From NCBI GenBank assembly GCA_030704615.1, contig CM060734.1, forward strand, positions 56,668,001 through 56,732,000: a DNA stretch of 64,000 bases, given 5' to 3'. This stretch comes from Takakia lepidozioides. Lineage: Eukaryota > Plantae > Bryophyta. Below the pieces are notes generated by a model. The model did no database searches, was not told the origin of the DNA, and was given only the letters and a program-made list of their open reading frames with translations. Below, in pieces: positions 37,501-49,148 of this stretch. Position numbers and translations under genes: made by a program. The stretch's first letter is position 1; every line of letters starts with the position of its first letter.

Positions 37501-39896
37501 CACCGGGAAAAATAACAATCCTCCACCTTTTGCCACCCGTAGGCCTACGAGGCCGCTTATTCGTATTAGTACGTTAGAGCAGTGTACGAGGTCGCCCACG
37601 CATCCCATTTATAGAGGTTATCAGAATAATAGTATGCAAAGGACAAGGCGGGACATGTGTTGTGCCCACAAAGCGCTTGCTCAGTCGTGACTGTCAGTCT
37701 GCTCCAGCTAACCAGGGATTCGAACACAAGATCGGCGGCCTCCTCTTTATATTTATTTATGTCATCTTCTTATCTCGAATATTCTGGTGGGTGAATAGAG
37801 AAATTAAGGACTTTATCTCTACGAAACAAAATCACCACGCTCTGAAGTAGAAAAAGAGAATTTCTGGTGTAAATTATAATATACGAAAAAGTTATGGACA
37901 ATATCCGAAAAATTCCCTGTAGGTGCGCCAGCTACGGTCTCAGACACGTGGCATACCCTTATTGATTACGACGATATAGCTTGGTCGCTGCGCACGCATT
38001 GGTGCTTTGTGGTTTCCAATAACTATAATAGAATAATATTTGTTTTTAATTATTGTATTTTAAGTTTTTATTATCCGCAAATTAAGGTTTGAGAAATTCC
38101 AGGTGTCAGCAGTGATCTGGTTTAGGGTTTCGTCGAGGGAGTTGAAGAGGAGAGAGAGGAGGGGGAGAGGTGGTGCGATGGTGGGAATGGAGGTGCAGGT
38201 GAAGTTGGAGATGGAAAGGGAGGAATCTGAAGAGACGAGCGAGTCTGTGCACGCTGAGGGAATGTTGGCTCTTAGCTTGCTTGTTAGGTATCAAGATTGC
38301 TGCGTCCCTTTGCATGCCACCTCTCCTTTGGTATGTTTCTGTTGACATGTACTTACCTCCTATGAAAATGGGATTGTGTGTACCGCCACGGGTGCAAGAG
38401 GTGAATTGAGGGAGTGAATGAGTTTTCCGCAGAGAGTGAGAGTGTTCCGAGGATGAAGTAGGGAACAGCGTATGCAGAGTATGAGTCGGGCTACTGACAG
38501 GAAGAATTGGAGGGAGAAAGGGCAATGTTCCGGCGCGAGTGATCTTCTTCCCTCGTGAGTTCGACACTTCTATTGCTTTTCCGAGACGATGTCATCAAAT
38601 TTTCAACTTTTTAGGTACTTGAGTGTGAATTCTTTTTCCTACCTCAGCATGTGGGCGCTCTGTTTTCAATAGAGCACACAGTATTTGCCAGCAAGAAAGA
38701 GAGATCAGCCTAGCAAAAAATAAATTTCAAATGTTTGTCTTTGCTTGGGAAGGTGGGAGCAGGAAACTGAGCGGATGCAAGATAAGACAAGTTTTTTAGG
38801 CAACTTTGCCAAGAGGTAAACATCTCTCTCTCTCTCTGGCTAGCAGCATCTCATGAGTTTCTTCTCTCACAACATTTGAGCTGTGAGCTGTGACCTGATC
38901 TGCTAACCTTTCCACCAACGTATCAAGGTTGTGGCCAAGGTAGTCTTCTATGAGAGGAAGGTTTCTGTAGAAGATTGTAGCCACTAGTGCAAATCAGTTT
39001 GCATATTACAAGTTGGCATCCAGGTGGTGCTTGGGTGTAGTGCATTCCATGTGGCATGGCCATCCGCCCAATATATAGGAAGTGCTCAATTTTGTGAGAG
39101 TGCATGAAGACCTGTGAGGCAGGTATTGAAGATGCTTAGTTTCCTTGTTACTACCGCAAAGAAGGTGTAATAAGAGAGGGAAAAGTGAATGGAAAGCAGC
39201 ATGTTTTAGTATCCGAGTAGAATTGTGCAGATTCTTTTTTTTGTTTTTTACTTAAAAGAAAGAGCAGATTCTACTAGCATCCGGGCCGGCAAAAAAGGAG
39301 AGGGTCACCCCACCCGCCCATGGGTCTGCGGGAGGGTCTGCAGCATGGAGGGTCTCCTCATCCCCACTGGCAGACCCGCGAGAGGGCCTCTCCTTAGGCC
39401 ACCTATCCCAAGGTGTAGCGTGCTATGCTATTCCAAGGTCCAAATGTAGAATAAAGTCATAAGATTTTGATTGTTACGAAGAAAGTGGTAGGTGTCCTAA
39501 TGGTCAGGTGCAATCTGCATGCGTGATGTGGCCTAGGGTTCAAATCTCGCATGATCGTATGATATACTGAAATGAAATTAAACAACATTGTTCTGAAGTT
39601 GAATGCACAAGAGTGAGACCTGTGGGCTGTGCCACGGCCAAAGAAAGGGTCACCCCACCATGGCCCGGGTCCACGCCCCTCTCTCTCGGTCTGCCACCTG
39701 ATGCCGGACTACGAATTTTTCTGAGAATTTTATGAGTTTGTCCGACTTCAAAAAAGTTTGTTTAATTCCATCTCAATATCGTGCCAACATGCAAGATTTG
39801 ATCCCTAAACTACCTCACGCCTGGGATTGCACCTAACAAGTGCAATACCTCCCACTTTTTTCTCACCCATCAAACTTCTATTAGTTTATTCTACAT

Positions 39897-40025
39897 TAGG
39901 CCTACGCGTTGCTCCGCACTACTAGTGACTACTTCTGAGAACAATGTTCTTTGTTATTGGAGATATATCTCATTCGAAAAATGATTGGAACAATGTAGCT
40001 TTGTGGAAAAAAGAGGGTACTGCAG
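39897..40025 (+). repeat. dispersed repeat of about 130 bp, second copy at about 46788-46915
   Basis: Both copies share cgcgttgctcc.cactactagtgac.acttct.agaacaatgttc...ggtactg. Confidence 0.8.
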
Positions 40026-40158
40026 TTTGGACCTTTTCACCTTCTCTTTGTATAGTTTTATGGGCGTCTGCTCCCCTTCTTTAAAAACAAATAAAAGTAA
40101 AAATAAAGAACAGTGTAAGAACTTAATGATTCGTCAGCGGTAAGTTCAGAGTTCACCC

Positions 40159-40438
40159 TTTTCTTTTCTTTTTCCTTAAAGGAAGCCTGGGAGCAACAGC
40201 CCACAATTCAGGCCCTTGAAGGAGGAGGAAAAATTAACCCCCTTTCATATGAGGCCTACAGAGCAACTGCATACTGTGTTGTTGCATGGGGATCATACAA
40301 TCGCGAGAAAAGGGTCAGCTTCATTCCAATGTTAGGGCGAACAGTGCCTAGGGAGACCGCCAAAAACAATCCACACATGGGGCAGGGCAGCGGGTTTGAA
40401 CCCGGAACCACCAAGGGGACACGCTGTGCACTTACCAT
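40159..40438 (-). mobile_element. tRNA-derived SINE (head slightly truncated)
   Basis: B box gggttcaaaccc; body and 3' end match the 18642 copy. Confidence 0.8.
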
Positions 40439-40722
40439 TTGCTTTCTGGTGGCACATGTATTTGCAAATCTAGATCCAGTCTGTTCAAGGTTCCTCTGTT
40501 AACAGGTCATGGTGGTTGTAAATGTGGACTGCCACAAGGTTTATAATTGTCTGTTGATTCTGTGCCTGCAGGCATTGTCATTTTCTCGTTAAGGAGTCTC
40601 TTGTGCTGTTTAGTATTGTAAAGCCTAGCATTATGAGCTGGTGTTTGTTCTGTCAGGAAATCAGCCTAGCACAGTCTTTTTTAACTCTATGTAGCCTGTT
40701 CTAAGCTACAGAGCTCTTGCAG

Positions 40723-42160
40723 GTGCTGCCTAATCCACTTCATCGAAAGTTAGAAACAGAGGATGGGTTTCCCTTTTTTTTGACGTGGTGTCAGGTGATC
40801 TGTCACCAGAGATGCCTTTCCCAGTACATGACTTTTGAGGGGGACTGTTTTGTGACGAACCAGGATGGGGCAGAACTGTCACTGCGTTGTCCCTTATTCT
40901 GAAGACTCAGGGTGCCATTTCTGAACCTCCTACTGGTTCGCAAGTGTGTTGGTGTGAAAGTTGGATATTATGAAGTCAGTGCAAAATTATCTCATATGAA
41001 GGGGTCAGTTTTGAAGAGATCTATGACTTTGAAGGCTCAAGAAACACGTGCCGGTGCCTGGGATTCCTACAGAGGGGCTCTGCAATATTAGCCAGACTGT
41101 AGGGATACAATTTCTTCAGAAGCTGCAGGGAATATATTTGCTTCCACATCCTTCCCACCTTTGCCAGATTTGCCAGCAACGGGTCTCACCTGCTACCTCG
41201 CTTGAAGATTTGTCGTCTCTCTTTCGACTGACAAGGTCATCAATGGCGGTTGGTTAGATTCCATTGGCAGCAGGGGAAAATTGTCGGGTAACCAGAAGCC
41301 CAGCTCGGGTGAAGTGTAAGTTGAGTGAAGAGGCTGAAAAACATATGGGTGAAGAGATGACAGTGTCAAGCCATGGGGATGGAAGGGCATCCAGCAGCCT
41401 TTTAGAAGACACAAAAAATAGAGGGACTAGGCTGGCTTCAAAGACCAATACATACGCATGTGGAACAGCAGGAGGTGCAAGCTATGATGGAGATTGTTGT
41501 CCTGTCGTAGGAAAGGGTGGGACTGAGGACAAACTCAAGAAACGTCACAGATACGGAATCCGTCATCTCCTTCAAAAGAAGATTATATCGAAAGACCAAA
41601 AAACTGCAGCAGACGTGCTTCTTTCTTTTCAAAACTCGCCTCACTCCAATGATTCTTCTATTTCCAAGACATCGGTGAAACCTCCAAAGGTAATATTTTC
41701 TTCTCGCCGTTGAATCCAGCATTCTTCACCGTTGCATGTCTTCTCCAAATGTTTGAAGTTCTACGAAATGAATATTAATACCACACATGTTCATCCAACA
41801 ACCGTCTTCTCTCTTGAATTTCGGACAAACGTAATCCATTCTGTCTTTGCATTCAAATCAGGCAGTGGAGAGCTCAAAAAGGATTAATGGTTTTCCACCT
41901 GCTTTTACCAATATTTCCTCTTCCACTTTCGACGGTTCATCAACCTTCTGTTCAAAGAAGGCTAGAAAGGTCTATTTCTCAACTTCTTTTCTTCCGATCC
42001 TCTTTTTCTGTCGTCCATTCTTTTTGTTCTTCAATAACTTTATCATTCTCGCGATCTGGTTGAATGAGTCTACAAACAGTGATGTTAGGAGATTGTCAGC
42101 GTTTTCTATGAAAGGGACTGCTTCTGGGCAGCAACAGAATGTGGCTTTCTGGAGGCCAAA
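40723..42160 (+). pseudogene. pseudogene of an SNF2-helicase/F-box/CW protein (At3g54460-like)
   Basis: PNPLH..LETEDGFPF, then a frameshift, then DF*GGLFCDEPGWGRTVTALSLILKTQG (TGA at 40836 in place of R; Walker A GKT>GRT). A later block reads KGTASGQQQNVAFW. The family assignment is from memory of the motif. Confidence 0.7.
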
Positions 42161-42924
42161 ACCTCTACATCTAAAGTAAGTTTGTCATGTGGTACTTGAT
42201 ATGCATTTCAATGTCAAACTAAAATGTCATTTCAAATTTCGGAATCCCTCTGTGGTCATCAGCTGATTCTAACTTAGATAAAGTTGGAGACAAGAAGTTA
42301 CCTTCATAATGTAGATAACTGTGTGATCACAAGGAAATGGCAGGAATGGCAGGGACTCTTGTGTTCATGCTGCTCGTAGTCTCCTCACTAGGGAAGGCAA
42401 ATGCCACAGTGACTGAGCCTGAAGCTTCCATGATTCACCTCTGGGATGCAGCTATAAGCAAGGATTCCTGACTGAGTACATCCCCAAGATGATCACAGGA
42501 CTTAAAATACTTTATTGTATGGTACAACCGAGCAGCACTGACCAAATGTTTCTGCAAGACAGGATCCGAGTAAGAAATCTGTGGCAGCAATCAAATTGCT
42601 CCAGCAAAGGAAACAAACACTGGCAGAACAGAGGAGGAGTACCTTAGTGGTCATACGATTAGAGGCCCTCCGACACTTGTGGATTGAGATGAAGAAGAGT
42701 ACTTATGCTGAGTAAACCATCACATGACAATCTTCATTAAGGCAGAATATAGATCATAGAGTAAGGATGCTACCCTTGCATACTGACCTGGCCATTTATT
42801 AAAGATTGTCGTGGATGGAAGGTAACTGAGCTGCTTCGACATCCTTCAGTGGCTTAACCACCTGTAGCATTGTAGGTCGCCTGACAGGATCCTCTGCTGT
42901 ACACATGTTAGCAATGTGCAGCAC

Positions 42925-43580
42925 TTAGAGCATCTTCATCTTCCATGGACCATTCAAATCCACAGGGTCAAGTGCCTCAGGGGACTGCCCCTTCTTTATC
43001 ATCTGCAGTTCCAGTTTCGGTATGGCAGCATGGACCTCTTTACCTGTTTCCAGGGCACCCAGGCTTGCACACGCATTGAGAGCACAATTGAATGTGACCT
43101 TGTCTGGCATCACCTTTCCCCCATCATTTCCCTGCCACAACCATGCTGAGCATATCCTGCAATTGAGGTGTTCTATGCCACCACATCTTGTTGAGTCATT
43201 TTGTCAAACACTTGACGTGCATCCTCCATGCTCCCTTATTTGGCAAACATTTCGACAAGAGAATTTTCCAACTTCATCCCTGCTGCGATTCCAGTCTTCT
43301 TGTCGGCATGGACCTTTTTGCCCGTCTCTAGGGGCTTTTAGGGTGGCACAAGCATTCAGGACACAGATGAATGTGAGCTTGGTGGGCATCACCCCTTCCA
43401 CTATCATTTGCTCATACATCTCCAGAGCCTCCCTACCATACCCACGCTGAGCATAACCCGTGATCGTGGTGTTCCAAGAGGCCACATCTGGTTGAGTCAT
43501 ATTGTTAAACACTTTGCGCACTTCCTTACTGCTTCTACATTCAGCATACTACAGCAAGGGCTGTCTCCAGAATGATATCT
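42925..43580 (-). pseudogene. PLS-class PPR pseudogene
   Basis: VFNNMTQPDVASWNTTITGYAQRGYGREALEMYEQM and PDKVTFNCALNACASLGALETGKEVH, frameshifted. Confidence 0.9.
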
Positions 43581-44066
43581 TTCTTTCTTTCTTTCTTTCT
43601 TTTTTTCTTTTTTTCTTTTTTTTGCAACAGGCGATTGTGGCCCTGACGAATTTTACTGATAAGGCAAGAAAGAGGAAGATATGCAAGGAAAAAATCACCT
43701 TGCGGGGAAGCCATAAGACCAACAGAGGAGACACTGCTCAGAAATCAGAGTTCACAAGACAGGTCCTAACCGAAAGCTACAGGAAAAACAGGACAGTAGA
43801 AGGAAGTCCATCACTTCCTTTTGCTAGGCTCCAAGGAGAGGTGAATTCTAGATCTTGCTTTCCTAAAGCTGCCCCTATGGCCCTATCTGACCCAATTCCA
43901 CCAAGGTAGTTGTTTTGTTTTGTTTGGTACGTCATGTTGAGATCTCCCAAACTGCAAGGCCTCCACTGGGCTTTTTAACATTGCTGGAAAGCCCCGGATG
44001 AGTAGGTGTGCATTAGTTTCATGATTTTCGGACCTATGGTGTGGGAGAATTTGAAATCGAAGGAAT

Positions 44067-44750
44067 TTTTTAAAAATTTAAAGAGAGGAAGTAGCCCTCA
44101 GTAAAACTTTATTGATAAGGGGGAAGAATGAAACCCTATGGGGCCATGAAGCAAACACACCAACTTGAATGGTGCGGGACGAACCCTAGAGGAATTTCGT
44201 CACTAGAAATCCATGAAAAATACCAAGTTGGGTTTTGGAATATTGGCCCTTCATTTGTCTTTCCTACACATGGTCATAGTATGTGCTCAACAGCATATAT
44301 ATATGACGCCAGCCGAAGCTAGCGTAAATAAGAGCCTCTTCCGTGTGTGGGTACTGCCCCCTTTCGGAGGTGGGCTCTATGGTAACAAGAACCAGTTACT
44401 AAGTGGCAAGCTGGCCACTTTCAATCTTTCTTTTGTTGAGGATAATGGCTATTAGTGAAGTGATGGCCGCGAGGTGTAATGTTTGTAATAGGTGGGTGGT
44501 ATATTTATGAGGTAGTTTAAGGTTTTCTCTTAGGATTAGACTGTTGTGATAGTGAGCTCCCCCTTTGACACCAGCGGTGATAATTGTCAGAGGGGCAGTG
44601 TTCCATCCATATTGACGGAGGGCTAGAACTAGGGGTTCGTATTTTTCACGTTTGAACATAATGGATTGGTCGGGATCTCTGTCATGACAGAAGGCAAATT
44701 CAATGATGTGAATAGTGAGGGAGGGGAGTGGACGATGGGGAGTCCTTGGA
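44067..44750 (-). mobile_element. 5'-truncated non-LTR retrotransposon with a restriction-like endonuclease (RLE) C-terminus
   Basis: TIHIIEFAFCHDRD....FKREKYEPLVLALRQYGW....IITAGVKG, stop at 44399, 3' UTR with aataaa (about 44107-44112) and an A-rich tail. Confidence 0.75.
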
Positions 44751-46970
44751 TCCTAGTGTTCATTGACTCTATACAATGGGTGTATGAAACTAATATAGCC
44801 TAAGCTCCTTCTAAGTACACACGCTTGTAGTTTATACCTTTGGAAACTACAATAATCCAAAATAGATTATTGTTTCTATTGGATTTGAGAGTCAATACAA
44901 GAAACAAGTGGTTTGTTTTGTTTTGTTTTGTGGTTGAGATCTCCCAAACCGCAAGGCCCTTGCCCGGGGTCATTTTTTTATTTTTTTATTTTTTAAATTA
45001 ACGGAACAGGGGACAAAGGCCCTGGAAACATATTAGAAGAAGTGGAAAAACTAACCACCGTAGGGCTGTGAAGGCTTACAGTGGGGATACCACCTCGTGA
45101 CCAAAAAATCCATAGCTAACATGAGCTAACGTCCGGGCCGCTAGAAAGCCCTCATTGAGGAGGGGTGCATCAAGGTGGTTTTGTAAAATTTTGGGCATGG
45201 GGAAATATTGAGTTTCAAGTTCCCTGAATAATCAAGAAAAAATAAAAATAAATTGGGTAGTTCTTTTCGGAATGTTGGTGTTTACAATATTTTTTTATAG
45301 ATGGAATACATATATATTTCCAATATGTGCTCCAACATTGAAGGCCACACTAGTGAACATCTATTTTCTTAATATATCAGAATATGAGAATTAATTTTGT
45401 GAAGTTTTGAGTTCATGATAGGTCACTCAAGCATGAATGCCAAATCCAAAGTGCAGAACTTATAAAAATGGAAGTGCAAGGCATAAGAAAAAGCTATTTT
45501 GAAGTACAAACAATGCACATCAAACAAAAGCCAAAGACAAATTCGACGTCATAGTACCTACTTCATCCGTAAAGAACTGGGGCTATGATGATGTAACCAA
45601 GATAGAATCTCAAAACAAAACTTTCTCTTATACAACGTAATAGCCAGCCACGAGTACCGTAATGGAATGGCAGATAAGGCACAAATTAAACTTTAAAAAA
45701 ATGCCTAAGCAAATCTGTGATTTTTTCAATACTTATGCCTAAAAGGCCGGAAAAATAACATGAAAGTGCCTAATTCAATAAAATACTCTAAACTCTATAT
45801 AATTTATATTGAAAGCAAAAAAACAATCTCCATAAATATTCAAAAAATATAGGCCAATTCCCTAGGTCTGTACAACATCCATAGGACCTTCCAACGAGTC
45901 CCGAACATACTGCAGATGTTCATCATTGAATTCTTGATCACCATTCAAGTTAGGTATATCTGAGTTTTCGATGTGCAAATTTCCAAGGCAACGATTCATG
46001 CTCTCCACCACCTCAACATCAAGATAGAAGTCTGGTATCTCTGAGCTGCAACTAGGAATCCCTTCCACTTCCACTTGAGAATCTGTGGCTGTAAACAAAG
46101 CCTCTGTAAAATTGGCTCTCATACCCTCACACTGAAATTGAAACTCAAAAGCTCGAAGAATGCCAGAGTGTCTCCACCTGAAACAATCATCTCTCTATGG
46201 AAAGAAGAGGGAGGGGATGAAAGGAGCGAGTTCCAAGTGATGAAAGGTGCCTAAACATGAGAAATCATGGATGACATGTGCCTAATCTATATACATTCTT
46301 TTTTAGAGTGCCTAAACAGAATATTCCAGATTTAATAATTATTAGGCACTAAAGTACCTAATCTGCCGTTCCACTACAGTGCGAGGGCAAGTCAGAAAAG
46401 TATAATGCACATTGCCCATTACACTATGTGTAATGCACATGTCCCACATTTCCTTTTTTGAGCATGTAGCCCAATGTTTGGGTATTTGTGCCTTGCCTAT
46501 GCATAACCTGAGTGATCTTTCAACATGTGCCTTCAACTGTCCATTGGCCCCTTGATGGGCTGTGTGTTGGCACTAGGCTCTGTAAATTCACTGGACATTA
46601 GGCAAAAAATAATTTTATGTTTACCTCCAAGATCTTTTCCTTCACTAGTCCCATTTCTTTTGCTCATAAAAAGAAACGATGAACGGAAAAAGAAATTATC
46701 AGTTCTTTACGCAGAGGAAGACCCTCACCCTCAGCCCTGGGCATAAAATTTAATGAGCGCCCTCCATTTGGGGCCTTCCTCTATGCACTAGGGCTTCGCG
46801 TTGCTCCACACTACTAGTGACGACTTCTAAGAACAATGTTCCTTTTTATTGGGAATATATCTCATTTGAAAAATAATAAGAACAATATAGCTTTGTAGAG
46901 AAAAAAGGGGTACTGAAGCAACCCACCCTAAATCATCCCACATTGCCTACAACAGTTAAAAGGTGTTTAC

Positions 46971-47690
46971 CATTGTTGGGAGGTTCTCTGGTTTTGGGTA
47001 GAACCTGCAGGGTAGGTTCTATCTTGTGGAAGGTAAATAGAGAACCTCTGGGGCGGGTACTTAAAAACATGGACAGTTAGAAAACCTGTTGTGCAGGGTA
47101 TATCTCTGAGTTACATTTTCACGGGTATGTTTTATACCGGTTCTTTAATGCAATTATCCGCCAAATCCGGTGCTCGGGTATATGGGTAGAGAACTGTATA
47201 GAGAACCAAGAGATGACCTGGTTCCGAGTCCTGTTCTGAGTTATTGGACAGAATAAATAAAAAATGTGCATGTATGAGATGGCCACAATTGTCAATAATT
47301 AAGCTCATTTTCTAACACAACTAACAGTGAACTTCCTCTAGATTGCACTCTTGGCCTATTGGCATTCAGTTCTAGCATTTTCACTACCCCTCTTCTTCCT
47401 CAAGGCTTCCACGCTAACCTTAGATAACCGCCCTTATACCCAGGGTATGTGTCGGGTGCAGTTACCCTTACCCTCCCCTCTCATTCCAACTCGTAGGTAA
47501 GGTTCTTATGGATACTAGCTATTAGAGAACCCCCGGTTCGGTGAAGTTACCGGGTAAATAGATTTTGGTATCCGCCGGTTCAATCTTGACTAGGGTATTT
47601 GAAATTTTAATACCCGAGGTTAAGGGGGCATATACCCAGGTCCGGAACCGGCGGTTCTTTCACCCAAAACCAGAGAACCGCCCAACATTG
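46971..47690. mobile_element. non-autonomous hAT element (MITE), 720 bp
   Basis: TIR of about 29 bp ca(t/a)tgttggg(a/c)ggttctctggttttgggt; perfect 8-bp TSD gtgtttac at 46963-46970 and 47691-47698; many internal ggttc / accc motifs. Confidence 0.92.
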
Positions 47691-48109
47691 GTGTTTACCT
47701 TCCATCGGAAAGGCAGTCGCAATTCAGGACGAAGTTACACCATAAAGTCACCAAATTGTACTAAGCAACCCTTAAGTAATATGTTGGATTCAGACTCGCT
47801 AATCCTTCTGAGTATAACTTTCAACCACTAAATATATTTCAACTTTCAAAATATAGTAAAGTTTGTTTAACATCCAGTGAATCATTTTAGATCCTCCTAT
47901 ACCTCTCTGAGGATGTCCTCGGGGTCCTCATTGAGGATTTCTTTTTTCTTTTTTTTTGGTTTCTTAATGGGAAGAGGATTGTTATCATAGAAAACTTTTC
48001 AGCATGTCATCAATAACCTCAATATGTCATCAATATATGGTTACTGATGACATGCTTAAGTTTTTCCATGGTAACTCCTGGTTTCCCAAGCACAATACAT
48101 CTGGCTTGG

Positions 48110-48890
48110 CTTCAAGCGAGGAGAGGAAAAATCCAGGACAAGAACTAGTTGACAAGTTGGACTGGACCTACAAGAAGATTCTTTTTGTACTGGCATACTA
48201 AGTATGCAGGGAGCATATAAGGTGACATTCTGTGCACTTTATCAGGGGAATGGGCTTGAATGGCTTGATCTTATGGAAATCACCCCTTATATGATCTGCC
48301 ATAGGGTTGAACTGGTAATTGCCTGTAGTAACGTGGCAAAGTTGCTCCGCACTATGGTGCAAGTTTGCGAAGGAGCGAATGAAGTGTCTGATATGCCTGC
48401 CGTAGAGAGGCCTAGTGGCAAGAGAATTCGAGCCTTTGGGAGAAAGGTAGAAAAGCATTTTCCTTATCAGGCTCTTTATGGCAAAGTTGCTTCCATCTAC
48501 AAGCTGCTTTACTCCTGTTGATATGTTGAACAGCTGCTTCATGTAGACACGCAGAGTGTTTTTGGTGATGCAAAGGGTTGTGGTTACTATGCCAGAAACC
48601 TGCGACGACCTTATGTTTTGCCTCGGCTGCATATGTTAAGCCTTAGTCTGGCTGCATCAACAGCTAATGCACAGGACGCACGATCGGAGAATGTGCTTCG
48701 GAGCAAGGAGAAATCTAATGAATGGGTGCTGGTGGATTTTGACGACGCAGCACAAAGCCCTTGCCATATTCGTCATAATGTGGATGCAAAGTTACATTCT
48801 CTTGAGATGTTGGCTGGGTACCATGATACAAAGGTCCATATCTGGAGCATTGGGTATCTCCTGGATACCATCAATTCTTCTCAATGATGG
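48110..48890 (+). pseudogene. Crinkler (CRN/CR)-type REase-kinase pseudogene
   Basis: PGQELVDKLDWTY..., VTFCAL, HR(fs)DARSENVL, WVLVDFDDAA, HSLEM..G.HDTKVHIWSIGYLL, with multiple stops and frameshifts. Confidence 0.65.
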
Positions 48891-49148
48891 ACTTTGTGCT
48901 CTTAAACTGTGATGCTTCTGCACTGCTGTTTGTGTGATATTCATGTGAAGAGTACAAGGATACTGTATTGAACAATTGTATGCAAAATCGTCGCTTTGTT
49001 GAGCAACCTTTATTTCTTGGATGCCTGCAAGGTAAGGCCAGATGATCTTTCTGTATGAAGATGGGAAGTTTCTCAAATGGCTACATCCTGAGTGGGGGAA
49101 GTACCATTGATGACCACAACAGCAACAATAACATCATGAATTTGTAAC

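Noticed and set aside
38178-38330. Independent small gene MVGMEVQVKLEME...
   Set aside because: No domain. It may be a decayed 5' exon of the SNF2/F-box pseudogene, but this cannot be supported from the sequence.
39897-39930. Helitron 3' end (…ctag|t)
   Set aside because: There is no convincing hairpin, and similarity between the two copies continues about 100 bp past the CTAG.
45862-46122. Acidic 86-aa ORF
   Set aside because: It lies among gtgcctaa subterminal-type repeats and is probably a DNA-transposon remnant; no identifiable motif or TIR pair.
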